Shown here: positions 30,969 to 41,161 of the stretch, one piece after another
How positions within the stretch are numbered: the first letter of the stretch is position 1
Layout: each line of letters starts with the position of its first letter
IMG/VR virus record: IMGVR_UViG_3300043105_000102
Location: 91,945-155,944 of that record
Length of the DNA stretch: 64,000 nt
Source of the DNA: a virus
Taxonomy: Duplodnaviria > Caudoviricetes
Strand: one strand, 5' to 3'
Notes under the pieces: model-generated
Databases searched by the model: none
Seen by the model: only the letters and a program-made list of their open reading frames with translations
What the model was told of the DNA's origin: nothing
Position numbers and translations under genes: made by a program

Positions 30969-33900
30969 TTATTTACGATTAGCGTATTGGGCGGCTAGGT
31001 TAATAACATTATCGAAAGCTTCAAGGATAGAGTTCTTATCTGTAGCGTTCGGGAACTCAGCCTTAATAGTTACTTGTTGTTCAAGCGTTCCAGCATTTGT
31101 ATTAACAGAAGCAGCCACTAAATTACTAAGGCCGCCACTAGCACTTAACGCATTTATATCTATTATTTCAGAGATTTGGCGCACTACATCAACAGCCGCC
31201 AAGAAATTATCAGTATCCTCTTTATTCAGAACTAGTTCCTTTTGGTGCAGTAAAGCCAACTTACCATCGGTAGAACCCCAATTACCAGTATAGCCGCCAG
31301 TATCATACCCACTTAGCTGGCTCTTGGTCAACCATCCTATCCATGTATTCTTGGCAGAAGCCGAATCTGTATTAACATTTCCGGGCTTAGAAGAAATATG
31401 ATAAGGATACTTAGATTTTGAATTTATACCAGTAATATAGGCTGTACCAGAACCAGTACCTGTTTTTCCATTGCCACTAGATTCTTCATAATATGTGCCG
31501 GAATAAGTAACTTTATCACCAATCTGTATTTGGCCATCACCTGAAGCTGAATCAGAGCTACTGGAACCAGAGCCAGAAGAAGAAGTACTAGAGCTAGAAC
31601 TAGAACTTGACTTAGTACTAGTATCTTTAGCTTGGAAAGACGACCAAGAAGCAATAACCGCATTAAAAGACTTCACCAAAGCTTCATTCTTAGCCAAAAT
31701 ATTATCAATTACTTTACTATATTCTGTTTCAAAGTTTCCCACGGCGTCAATTACTTCTTCAAACTTTTGGATACTTTCATCAGCAATTTCTTGAATTGAA
31801 TCACTCAATTCGCTAGATTCTTCTGAGATTTGTTCCATATCCTCGGTCATTCTTTCAGCCAATTCATCAGTAGAGGTTCCTGCCATTTCATTAGCATAAT
31901 TAACTTGTTCACTATATCTTTCAGTGTATTCTATAGATTCATCGAACAAGCTTTCTAATTGCTCTATGGAGTTTCTTGCATATTCTTCAACTGTGTCATA
32001 TCCAGTTTTTTGGCCAAGATAGGTTTCATTGAAACTATCAACGTAATCCATATCTACTTGGGCACGATCGCCAGTTAATCTAACGTATTCTTCTCCATAA
32101 TCTTCATAAGTCTCTATATTATTATCTAAGGTTAGATTCATTTCAGCGTCTAAGGCAGCATGTTTTTCAAGATAATCGGCTCTTGTATCATAAATAAGCT
32201 GATACCCTTCTTCGACACTAAGAACCCCATCATCAATTAAACCACTAATTTCTTGAATCCTCTCTATAGTATCTTGGTCTAACTCCATCATTTGAGATTG
32301 AAGTGTATTGATATATTCAGCGTTTAACTTCTCCATTTCATAGAGCTTATCGGAATAATTTTGTTCGGCATCCGCAACATCTTGGTCATTGGCGGTATAC
32401 ACATAACTGTAATTACCCTCAGAGTCTCTGGTCATAGTTACTTGGCTTTTGGCATTTTCAGCCTCATCCAAAGCAGCTTGCGCCAATCTTAATTCATATT
32501 CATCTCTTAAATATTCTAATTCGTATTCGCTCATTTCAACGCCATCGGCTTGATACTGGGCGATTTCTTCTTGCAATTCTAGCAGTTCCCTTTTGGCTTT
32601 AATATTATTGGTTTCACTGGCCGACTTATCAATATCCCTCATCAGTTTAGTTAATTGATAAGCTCTTTCATAGTCCTCAACGTAAACACTAGAAGCATCT
32701 TGAGTACGTTCGAATTGCGTTTGAAGTTGTTCTAATGAACCATATATTCCGCCAAGAGCAGTAGTAGCTTCATCAACAGCATTCTGGATATTAGTGGTAA
32801 AGGCATCGCTAGCTGATTGTAAGGCATCCTCCCAAGCTGACATATATTCTTCTTGGGCGTCCCATAATTCATCTTCAATATTTTGAATCTGTTCATCCCA
32901 AAGGTCAATATCCTCAGTCAATCCCTGTTTTCTAGCTTGCTCTCGGGCGGCTTCAGCGTCAGCTAACTCCTGTTGAATTGTATCCATCTTAACTTTAGAA
33001 GCTGTCAAATTATCCACGGATTCTTTAAATATAGCTTGGTTGAAAACTGCCAATACTTCAGAACTTAATCCTAATGTCTTTTTGCCAACCAAATCAACAA
33101 TATTCATATAAGATTGAGTAACCTTTTGGAGATGCTGAATTTGAGTTATTGTTCTATCAAGTCTATTATTATTTTCTTCAATAACATCGCCGATCTTTTC
33201 AAAAATATCTTTACGATACTGGTCAAGATTTTCACTCTCTGATAAAATCTCAGAAAGGTAATCACGAATTTGAGAAACTTCATCTTCTGTAAAGGTTGAA
33301 TCCTTGCCGATAGTCTTAATGAGGTCAGCTCCTGTCATAGAACCATTCATTAAATTCGTAATTATCTTGCCGCCACTATAACCATGATTTGTAAGAATAT
33401 CTCCAAGTCCAGTTTGATAGGCCGCTATTTTACCAAGGGCATCTCCAGCTTCTGAACTAATTAGCGCAATAGCTTGGGCGGCTTCATAAGCATCATCTTC
33501 TATTTTGTTTAGATAATACTCCATTAACTGCAAGTCATCATCATTGACGTCAACCTTTAATTCAACTATATAAGTTGTTTTCTCTAACAAATCATCATAA
33601 TATTCATACTGCTTTTCTAGTAAATCATTAGTTTGTTCGGCGTAAAGGTCTTGCGTTTCTTCGTATTGTTCCAGAAGCTTAGTAAACTTTTCATAATTAT
33701 CTTCGGCTTTTTCAAAAGTGGCCTTAGCCGCATCATCATCAGTAGTCTTAGTATTATAAACCGCTACGGCGGCGTTATACTTGGCTAAAGCTGCTTTCAT
33801 TAAAGCTTCATAATTTGTAATGGTACCATTGGCATCATATACAGCAGCTAATCCAGTATAGCTTTGGGCGTAAGAACTAAAAGCACTCTTGTCAGCCTTT

Positions 33901-36900
33901 AAGTTAGCCTTAATCTGCGCAAGATATTCTTTCTGTTTTTCAATTAATTGAGATTGTTTAGCTATTTCTTCGTCCATTAACTTGAGCTTAGTTTTTCCAA
34001 ACGCTCTATCCTTGGCCGCAGAAATTTTATCTAATTGGGCTTCTATATCTTCTAATTGATTAAGGACTACATGATAACGTTCAATTTCATCAGAAGCTTG
34101 CTTTTTGTCTTGACTATTTCTTGAAGCAGAACGACTACTTCCACGGCGACTACCAGCAGTACGACCTCCTCTATTTAAAGAAGAATAGTTATTCGCACTG
34201 CCAGTCGGTTTTGCTGTCAGACCTGTAATCTTAGGAGTCTCAACTGTCCCTTGTGGGCCTATTTCTGTAGCAAAGGCAGAAAAATATCCCTCTTGGTCTT
34301 CATATTCTGTTGTAGTGTATTCTCTATCAATCCAATTATCTGTGTTTCCTGCATCAGGATACTCTCTGTTATGATAGGTTGTAGTAACAGGTATTCTTGA
34401 AGTAGTTGGAACAGTCGTTTCGGCGTATTCAGCTTCAAGGCTTAGCCCATCGCATAGTGCATCAACATCGGCTACAGTCATGCCCATTTCTTCTATTAAC
34501 GCATTTAATCCTGCAACGAAATTTGCATCATCTACTTCTGGATTGACAGTAAGATCCATTCCAGCTAAATCATTTTCAAGCTGCTGTCTAAGACTTTCGT
34601 ATGTACTTAAAAAATTATTATATTCTTCTGAACCTTCCTCAAAACCATTATTAATAGCAATATTAACGAAAATTGTATCAGCTAATGCTGATTTTAAATC
34701 ATCAATAGCATCTTCGTCACCAGTGGCAGCCTTAGCAATTTCATCAAGATGACTAGTAATAAAATCGTCAGAGACATATGCCGTAGAGACATCTAATAAT
34801 TCAGCAATTGCTTCTTTTGTATTTGTTAAAGCATTAGTATATTCTTCGCTAGTCTTTTCACTTTTCTTGAGAATGCTGCTCCAATAATCGCCACCATCTC
34901 CTGCGTCCACAAAGTTATCAGCTAGAGTATCTATTGCATTATTCATTTTCATAACAGTTTTAGCGTATATTTTAGCCTGCTTTTCTGTCATGTTGGTAGT
35001 TTCTTCTAAGTAGTCTGTGTATTCTGCTAGTTCTTCACTATCGAGATTTTGAGTATCAAGAGTTTGGCTTAAATTATATGATGCCGTATTAAAAGCGTCA
35101 AGACTGATTTCTCCTTCTTTATAAGCCTTAATCAAATCTTCCAAACTATCATATTGAGACGCTTTGGCCATCTCAAGTGACCAAGATTCTGCTTGCTGCT
35201 CTGCCATTACGTTATTTAAATCTTCGATGGTATAATCAAGTTCTTGATAAGCTTCATTTATTTCTACTACAGTCTCTTTCCACGAATCACTATCTAGGCC
35301 TTGACCCCATTCTGCTAGTTGTCCTTGGCTTTCGGTTCCTAATGCACTCATAATGCTCATTTGCTTCTTGGCTTGTTCAAAAGGATCCGCATCGCTGCCA
35401 AATTCTTTTAAACCACCAGCAATTATAGCATCGCCAATAATAGAACTAGATTGTTTTAATTCGTCTATTCTAGCGTTAAAAGTTGCATTACTATCTTTTT
35501 GAAAAACTTCTTGTAACTCTTCAGCAGCCCCAATTAGTTGATAAGTCCCATCCATCATCATAACGAAATAGGATTTATAGGCATCATCTAAGGTCTGATA
35601 ATCTTCTGCACTTATGGTATCCCCTGTCGATAAGCTACTAATTATATCATTCTGCGCTTTATAGGAAGAAGTCAATTTCTCTATAGAAGTAGAAGCAGTA
35701 TCTAATGCGTCTATGAGATTATTCAATTGCTCTGTCGTAAAATCGGTTTCAATTCCAGCTTCCTTTAACGCAGTAGCTAAATCATTAGCAGAAATATCAT
35801 CAAAGGACATTCCATTAATAGCATCAGCAAAACTTTGAGCCTCATTACTATCTAATTCATTGAAAATACTCGTAAGAGCGACTAATCCCTTAGATCCACT
35901 ACTTTCAAAAGCATTCTCCATTAGATTGGCAACTGATTTTTGGGCGGCCGCAGTCCATTGATCTTTGTTTTCTAAATTCTCAAAAGCATCTTTAGCCATG
36001 GAAAGCATATTGTTGCCAATAGAGCTAAAGTCTAATTCCAAAGCTTGATTAAACTTATCTAAATAGCCTTCACCTAATATTGAAGTTAGTCCTTCTGCAT
36101 CTGTCCCAAAAATGCCCTCTAGATAATTTTCATAATCCTCTGAAGTACTACCAGCTTCATTCTTTAGCTTCTCAAAGTCCTCTTCGGTCATGTTCTCAAA
36201 GTTACCGTTAGCTATAAAGCCCCTTAGGCCCTCGGCAATGCCCGAATCGCTGACATTACTTTCCATAGTAGATAATGACTGGGCCGCATCTTCTGCACTA
36301 TTCCCTAATTCTTCCAGCGCCTCGTAAGCTGCAATAGTTGTAGCTATCTGCTCTTTGGAGACAGTCTTTTCTTCACCGTTTTCTAAGTAGGTTAAAGTAC
36401 GATCTTCGTCAAAACCACGAACGGCATTACTTGCAAGGTCAACTTCGTCGCTAAGTCCAGCCGCAGCTTTATAACGCGACCAAACATCTTGAACGTTAGC
36501 GTTTTGATTCCCAGAGAAAATTGCAACTCCATTAGTTAATTCTTCTTTAATCTGATCCTCAATTTCTTGAACTCTTTCTGTATATGCTCTTCCAGCTATG
36601 GCCTTTTCAGCACTATCATATTCATCGCCCAACTCTGACGCAGCAACAACCTTACCAACGTTTTCCATTTCTGTAGCAGCGTCTTTGGTAGACTCTACTA
36701 AGTTATCTATTTCATCTTGATAACTCATTAAAGATTCTATTGGTACAGTAAAGCCCTTTAATAATTCAGTTAATTTACTTTTATATTCTTCTGTTGTTAG
36801 TCCAGCTAATTCCTCGAGGTGATCTGAAATTATATTACCGAAATATTGTCCGTTTTCATCATAAAAAGCGTTTTCTCTTTCAAGGTTAGTACGATTTGAT

Positions 36901-39900
36901 TTGTTTTGTGCTACGTCAGACTCTTGAGCAGCTACTAATGAAGCATATTGGGCAGCAGAAGCTTTTGTCTCATATTCAGAAAGAATATTATCTATATCTG
37001 ATTGTTCAAAATAAAGATTACCATCAGCAGAAGTTTTAACATATTTAAGTAGTTCGGGATATTCATCTAGCATATCCTTAACTTGGTCGTTTACTTCAGA
37101 TAAGGCTTCACGCCATTCTTCTGTTCCTTTAGTACACGCATTTAAAGTCTCTGTAACTGAATCATACTCATCGAAAGCGCTTTTAAGAGATTCAAATTCT
37201 GATTTAAGGTCACTAGCGACATTTTTTAAAGCTTCTGCTTTTTCGGCAGCTTTTTCAGCAGCTTCAGTATCAGCGTTGATCATTTTATATAGTGCAGAGC
37301 CAATAGCTACTAATCCCGCTATAGCCGCCGTAACGACTATTACTGGCCCTATAATAGTACTAACAGAACTAGTTAGTAACTTCTTTGCTATAGCCGCACG
37401 AATATCTGCGGCGGCCATTTCATCAGTAGCCTCAACCCCAAGCTTTTCAGCTATAGTTGAAAAAATTTGTTTTTCTGTTTCTTCTTCAATAGTTTTATCT
37501 TTTGCTTCCTTCGCTATAGTTGCGCGAATGTCTGCGGCAGTCATATCTTCGGTGGTTGTGATTCCAAGCTTTTCAGCTATAGTGAAAAGAGTTTGCTTTT
37601 CCACGCCCTCTTCAACGTTGCTAGCGTGAAGCTTCTCCATTAAATTCTCTAGGTTTAATGTATTAAGGTACTTTTCTTTTATGCCATTTAATTGCTGATA
37701 ACTAGCAACAACTTGCGGTATTACCATACCAATAGTAGTCAAAGTTGTCAGAAGTTTTTCAGACAGCTCCATGTCATTATTAGACCAAACGTCTCCAAGT
37801 CCCTTAATAGAAGTGAGAGCAGAAAATAGAGTTGTAATACTAGAGCCAACGCCAGTTATCACTTCACCAAAGCCTAAAGCTTCTCCCTTTGCACCTAGTA
37901 AAGTTTTATCAAATTCTTTAACTGAATTATTTAGGGCTTCTTGGCTTTCCGCATAAGCGAAAGCAGCATCGGCCGCTGCATAGCTAGTATCTTGAAGACT
38001 TTTTGCGCTGTTACTATCTTCGGTAATTTCATTAGCAGTGTCATCAGCTTGCTTTTCGAGTCTAAATATTATCGTTCGAAGGCTATTTAATGCTTCTTCA
38101 GCCCCTACTTCACCTTTTTCAATACCTTCAAAAAGCGCTTCGACTTCTGTATCCTTATAAAGATCTTCTTTATCTATTTCTTGTAATCTTGACTTAAATG
38201 ATTCTAAGGCCTTTTTGGCAGCTTCAGCGTCATCTTTTGTTGCTTCAAGCTGCGTAGAAAAACTATCTAATCCATGATGCTGTAAAGTAGTTTTATTAAG
38301 TTCTACCATTTTAGAATCTAAATCAGCAGTGGAGCTAGTTAATTCTCCTTGCTTTTTCTTAGCCGCGTCCAAAGCTGCCTGTGCCTCTGTAACAGCCTCT
38401 TGTGCCTGCCGAGATTCCACAATAGCGCTATTCCATTCAGACAATGCCTTATCAATGGCTTCTGAACTTTGAGTCCTATCTGTGTTCTTTTCTGTAAAGG
38501 CTGTATAAGCAGCTTCTTCTTTCCCTTGAGCTTCTTCTGCTTGGGCTTGAGCGTCTTTCAGTTTTTTCTGGGCTTCATCTACTTCATCTTTTGCTTGAGC
38601 TTCCTGTTTAGCTTGAGCCGCAAGGCGCACTCTTCTTTCCTCTGCCTTTAATGCTTTTTCAGCGGTTGACAATTCAGCTTCGGCACTAATTACCTGTTGA
38701 CCACGAAGTTTCTGTTGGTCAATTAAGATTTGAGCAACTTTTAATTCTTCACTAGAGAGTCTGTCGGCATTCTTTAACAAGGCTTGCTGTGAACTAGCTT
38801 GGGCGGCAAAGGCTGCCTTTTCCGCTGTCTCAGCCCTAGTGTCAGAAGTTTTACCTTGAGAATAATCTAAAATAGCACTTAATGATTCTTGTCTTAATGC
38901 AGTGGCGTCCTTGGCTTTAGTAAAGAGATTCTTAACACTAAAGACCGTATCATTAATACCTTCACTTAATTGCTTACTAAATACTTTAGTAGCAATAGAG
39001 CCAATAGTCGTAAGTACTCCGGGTAATCCTCCAAGACCTTCAATTAAATCATTTATTCCATTTAACGCAGATTCAGTTAAATTCAATAAAGAAATAAAGA
39101 AATCATCATCAATTAAAGCGTTATAAATACTTTCAGCGGCTGCTGTTACTCTATCTCTAGCAGCTTCCCAACTTTCAGCATAAATATCAGCTTGCTCATC
39201 CAAAGTACCTTCTGCGTTTTCGGCAACAGTAAGGTTAGTTTGAAATTTGTCCCAGTTGTCCATTAAGGCAATTAACTGTGTATACTGCCTTGTGCCGGCA
39301 ACAGCTTCGGCCACTGCAATCTGAGTATCGCTAGATAAAGTAGACCATTTACTGCCCAAATCGTCCAGAATATCATCCATGGCAATCAAGTTGCCACTAG
39401 CATCTTTAACCTGAACTCCAACAGTAGCTAAAGCTTGAGCATAAGTACCTAGTGTTGTACCATCGTCTAAAGTTTCACCAAGCTCTAAGTCTTGGAATCT
39501 TGAGAAAATAGTTTTATATGCTGTACCTACAACATCAGCGGATTGACGTGTCTCTGCAACTACGGTCGCCAAAGCAGTGGTAGCGTAATTATAGCTTAAT
39601 CCAATAGTATCAGCGACAGAAGCAAACTTTTCAAGACCTTCGGCTATTTCAGAAGAACTTGACGCAGTACTGGCGCCCAATGCTGTAATAACATCTCCAA
39701 AATGTTCCAGTGATTCAGAACCATCATCAAAGTTATTCCAGATAGCGGTCATATAGGAGGAAACGTCTGTTGCGCTATCTCCTGTAGCTTGCGCCATCTT
39801 TATTGTAGCTTCGGTTCTTGATTGCACTTCATTTGTACTTAGACCTTGCTGATAGTAAATTAAACTAGCATCGGTATAAGTAGTAGTTGTAGTACTTAAT

Positions 39901-40493
39901 GCTTGGGCGGCCTTGTTAGCCTGAACTGCGAAGTTGGCCATTTCCTCTGAGTTCTTCCCAGTAACAATTCTAATATTGTTTAAAGACTCATTTAGGTCTT
40001 GCGCATAATTATAAGCACTAGAAATTGAGCTTTGGAATCCTCTTAAAATATTGGAAGAAATTTGCCATTTGGCTGCGTTTTTAAGAGAAGTCGCAAAACT
40101 GTCTAATAATGCATTAGTCCTTTTTAAAGGAACTTCGGCCGATAAGATGGCAGAAGCTAAATTTGAAAAAACCTTAGTTCCTTCTGGGCCTAAATTTAAA
40201 AGAGCATCTTGGTATTCAGTAATACTAGTATTGCTCTTTTTTAAAGATTCACTAAATTTAGTTAAGTCTAAACTTCCAGTAGAAGTTGTAGCTTCTTGGA
40301 GTTGAACTTTTAATTGAGCTACTTTAGCAGTTGCATCTTGAATTTGTTTAGATAAACCCAATGAGCTGTCAGAAGTAGCAGTCTGTTTCATTAGCTGAGA
40401 CAGTTGAATTTGTAGCTGTTTTAATTGCGCACTTGCTTGCTTGGTATCAGCGGTCAAGGCAAGTGTTAAATTATATTGTCTATTTGCAGCCAT
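30969..40493 (-). CDS. Tape measure protein (3174 aa)
   Basis: TP901-type TMP core (LNNIRIVTG...ETRQSADVVGTAYKTIFSR...AGTRQYTQLIALMDNW), long helical Ala/Glu-rich body, C-terminal YDTGGYTG...LHQKELVLN. Confidence 0.95.
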   Translation of the reverse strand: MAANRQYNLTLALTADTKQASAQLKQLQIQLSQLMKQTATSDSSLGLSKQIQDATAKVAQLKVQLQEATTSTGSLDLTKFSESLKKSNTSITEYQDALLNLGPEGTKVFSNLASAILSAEVPLKRTNALLDSFATSLKNAAKWQISSNILRGFQSSISSAYNYAQDLNESLNNIRIVTGKNSEEMANFAVQANKAAQALSTTTTTYTDASLIYYQQGLSTNEVQSRTEATIKMAQATGDSATDVSSYMTAIWNNFDDGSESLEHFGDVITALGASTASSSSEIAEGLEKFASVADTIGLSYNYATTALATVVAETRQSADVVGTAYKTIFSRFQDLELGETLDDGTTLGTYAQALATVGVQVKDASGNLIAMDDILDDLGSKWSTLSSDTQIAVAEAVAGTRQYTQLIALMDNWDKFQTNLTVAENAEGTLDEQADIYAESWEAARDRVTAAAESIYNALIDDDFFISLLNLTESALNGINDLIEGLGGLPGVLTTIGSIATKVFSKQLSEGINDTVFSVKNLFTKAKDATALRQESLSAILDYSQGKTSDTRAETAEKAAFAAQASSQQALLKNADRLSSEELKVAQILIDQQKLRGQQVISAEAELSTAEKALKAEERRVRLAAQAKQEAQAKDEVDEAQKKLKDAQAQAEEAQGKEEAAYTAFTEKNTDRTQSSEAIDKALSEWNSAIVESRQAQEAVTEAQAALDAAKKKQGELTSSTADLDSKMVELNKTTLQHHGLDSFSTQLEATKDDAEAAKKALESFKSRLQEIDKEDLYKDTEVEALFEGIEKGEVGAEEALNSLRTIIFRLEKQADDTANEITEDSNSAKSLQDTSYAAADAAFAYAESQEALNNSVKEFDKTLLGAKGEALGFGEVITGVGSSITTLFSALTSIKGLGDVWSNNDMELSEKLLTTLTTIGMVIPQVVASYQQLNGIKEKYLNTLNLENLMEKLHASNVEEGVEKQTLFTIAEKLGITTTEDMTAADIRATIAKEAKDKTIEEETEKQIFSTIAEKLGVEATDEMAAADIRAAIAKKLLTSSVSTIIGPVIVVTAAIAGLVAIGSALYKMINADTEAAEKAAEKAEALKNVASDLKSEFESLKSAFDEYDSVTETLNACTKGTEEWREALSEVNDQVKDMLDEYPELLKYVKTSADGNLYFEQSDIDNILSEYETKASAAQYASLVAAQESDVAQNKSNRTNLERENAFYDENGQYFGNIISDHLEELAGLTTEEYKSKLTELLKGFTVPIESLMSYQDEIDNLVESTKDAATEMENVGKVVAASELGDEYDSAEKAIAGRAYTERVQEIEDQIKEELTNGVAIFSGNQNANVQDVWSRYKAAAGLSDEVDLASNAVRGFDEDRTLTYLENGEEKTVSKEQIATTIAAYEALEELGNSAEDAAQSLSTMESNVSDSGIAEGLRGFIANGNFENMTEEDFEKLKNEAGSTSEDYENYLEGIFGTDAEGLTSILGEGYLDKFNQALELDFSSIGNNMLSMAKDAFENLENKDQWTAAAQKSVANLMENAFESSGSKGLVALTSIFNELDSNEAQSFADAINGMSFDDISANDLATALKEAGIETDFTTEQLNNLIDALDTASTSIEKLTSSYKAQNDIISSLSTGDTISAEDYQTLDDAYKSYFVMMMDGTYQLIGAAEELQEVFQKDSNATFNARIDELKQSSSIIGDAIIAGGLKEFGSDADPFEQAKKQMSIMSALGTESQGQLAEWGQGLDSDSWKETVVEINEAYQELDYTIEDLNNVMAEQQAESWSLEMAKASQYDSLEDLIKAYKEGEISLDAFNTASYNLSQTLDTQNLDSEELAEYTDYLEETTNMTEKQAKIYAKTVMKMNNAIDTLADNFVDAGDGGDYWSSILKKSEKTSEEYTNALTNTKEAIAELLDVSTAYVSDDFITSHLDEIAKAATGDEDAIDDLKSALADTIFVNIAINNGFEEGSEEYNNFLSTYESLRQQLENDLAGMDLTVNPEVDDANFVAGLNALIEEMGMTVADVDALCDGLSLEAEYAETTVPTTSRIPVTTTYHNREYPDAGNTDNWIDREYTTTEYEDQEGYFSAFATEIGPQGTVETPKITGLTAKPTGSANNYSSLNRGGRTAGSRRGSSRSASRNSQDKKQASDEIERYHVVLNQLEDIEAQLDKISAAKDRAFGKTKLKLMDEEIAKQSQLIEKQKEYLAQIKANLKADKSAFSSYAQSYTGLAAVYDANGTITNYEALMKAALAKYNAAVAVYNTKTTDDDAAKATFEKAEDNYEKFTKLLEQYEETQDLYAEQTNDLLEKQYEYYDDLLEKTTYIVELKVDVNDDDLQLMEYYLNKIEDDAYEAAQAIALISSEAGDALGKIAAYQTGLGDILTNHGYSGGKIITNLMNGSMTGADLIKTIGKDSTFTEDEVSQIRDYLSEILSESENLDQYRKDIFEKIGDVIEENNNRLDRTITQIQHLQKVTQSYMNIVDLVGKKTLGLSSEVLAVFNQAIFKESVDNLTASKVKMDTIQQELADAEAAREQARKQGLTEDIDLWDEQIQNIEDELWDAQEEYMSAWEDALQSASDAFTTNIQNAVDEATTALGGIYGSLEQLQTQFERTQDASSVYVEDYERAYQLTKLMRDIDKSASETNNIKAKRELLELQEEIAQYQADGVEMSEYELEYLRDEYELRLAQAALDEAENAKSQVTMTRDSEGNYSYVYTANDQDVADAEQNYSDKLYEMEKLNAEYINTLQSQMMELDQDTIERIQEISGLIDDGVLSVEEGYQLIYDTRADYLEKHAALDAEMNLTLDNNIETYEDYGEEYVRLTGDRAQVDMDYVDSFNETYLGQKTGYDTVEEYARNSIEQLESLFDESIEYTERYSEQVNYANEMAGTSTDELAERMTEDMEQISEESSELSDSIQEIADESIQKFEEVIDAVGNFETEYSKVIDNILAKNEALVKSFNAVIASWSSFQAKDTSTKSSSSSSSSTSSSGSGSSSSDSASGDGQIQIGDKVTYSGTYYEESSGNGKTGTGSGTAYITGINSKSKYPYHISSKPGNVNTDSASAKNTWIGWLTKSQLSGYDTGGYTGNWGSTDGKLALLHQKELVLNKEDTDNFLAAVDVVRQISEIIDINALSASGGLSNLVAASVNTNAGTLEQQVTIKAEFPNATDKNSILEAFDNVINLAAQYANRK

Positions 40494-40513
40494 GGTTTTA
40501 CTCCTTTCTCACT

Positions 40514-40552
40514 CAAAAAAAGAGGAGAAAAGTTAAGAAACTTTTCTCCTCT
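40514..40552 (-). terminator. Stem-loop with T-tract in the TMP leader
   Basis: AGAGGAGAAAAGTT-TCTT-AACTTTTCTCCTCT followed by TTTTTT. Confidence 0.55.
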
Positions 40553-40597
40553 AACTCTTTAATTTTTCTAAAAATTCAGAAATGAAAATAAATTAAA

Positions 40598-41101
40598 TTA
40601 GCCCAACTTTTGCATAATAGACTTCAATAAGTCCAAATTTTCTGGGTCAGACAACTTAGCTTGAATACTGGCCGCATCAAAATTCAAATTATCATAATCT
40701 TTATTCAAAGAATCCAAAATACCATAGATAGAATTTTTATAATCGTAAAGTCTTTTAGAAATTTCTTTTAGGTTGTCTTTCAAAAAAGCTAATTCTTTGC
40801 ATGGGATTGCGGCATAAATATACTTAAAAATTCCAGATTTAAGAATGTCATAGGCCTCTTCTAAATTATCTTCGGGAAGTTCAATATCTGTATAATAAGA
40901 AACAAGATATATTTCAAAATAGGTATTCATTTTGGCAGTATAAAGAGCATCATCTTCAGAAGCACATTCTAATACGTCTTTCATAAATTCAAGCTTTTTT
41001 GCTATTGGCAAATATTGCTTAACATGAATTTCAGCGCCATTAATTTCCAAAGTCTCTTCTTCCTCTAAGTTTCCTTCTAACTTTAAATCAGAAAACTTCA
41101 T
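40598..41101 (-). CDS. Probable tail assembly chaperone
   Basis: Immediately upstream of the TMP. ATG at 41101 follows GAGGAG and is preferred to the ORF-track start at 41119. Confidence 0.55.
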   Translation of the reverse strand: MKFSDLKLEGNLEEEETLEINGAEIHVKQYLPIAKKLEFMKDVLECASEDDALYTAKMNTYFEIYLVSYYTDIELPEDNLEEAYDILKSGIFKYIYAAIPCKELAFLKDNLKEISKRLYDYKNSIYGILDSLNKDYDNLNFDAASIQAKLSDPENLDLLKSIMQKLG

Positions 41102-41132
41102 AGTAAATTCTCCTCTCAATCTTTTTTATTAG

Positions 41133-41161
41133 ATTATACCATTTTATTTTTGCGAAGTCAA
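41133..41161 (-). promoter_or_regulatory. Near-consensus sigma-A promoter
   Basis: TTGACT-TCGCAAAAATAAAATGG(17)-TATAAT. Confidence 0.75.
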
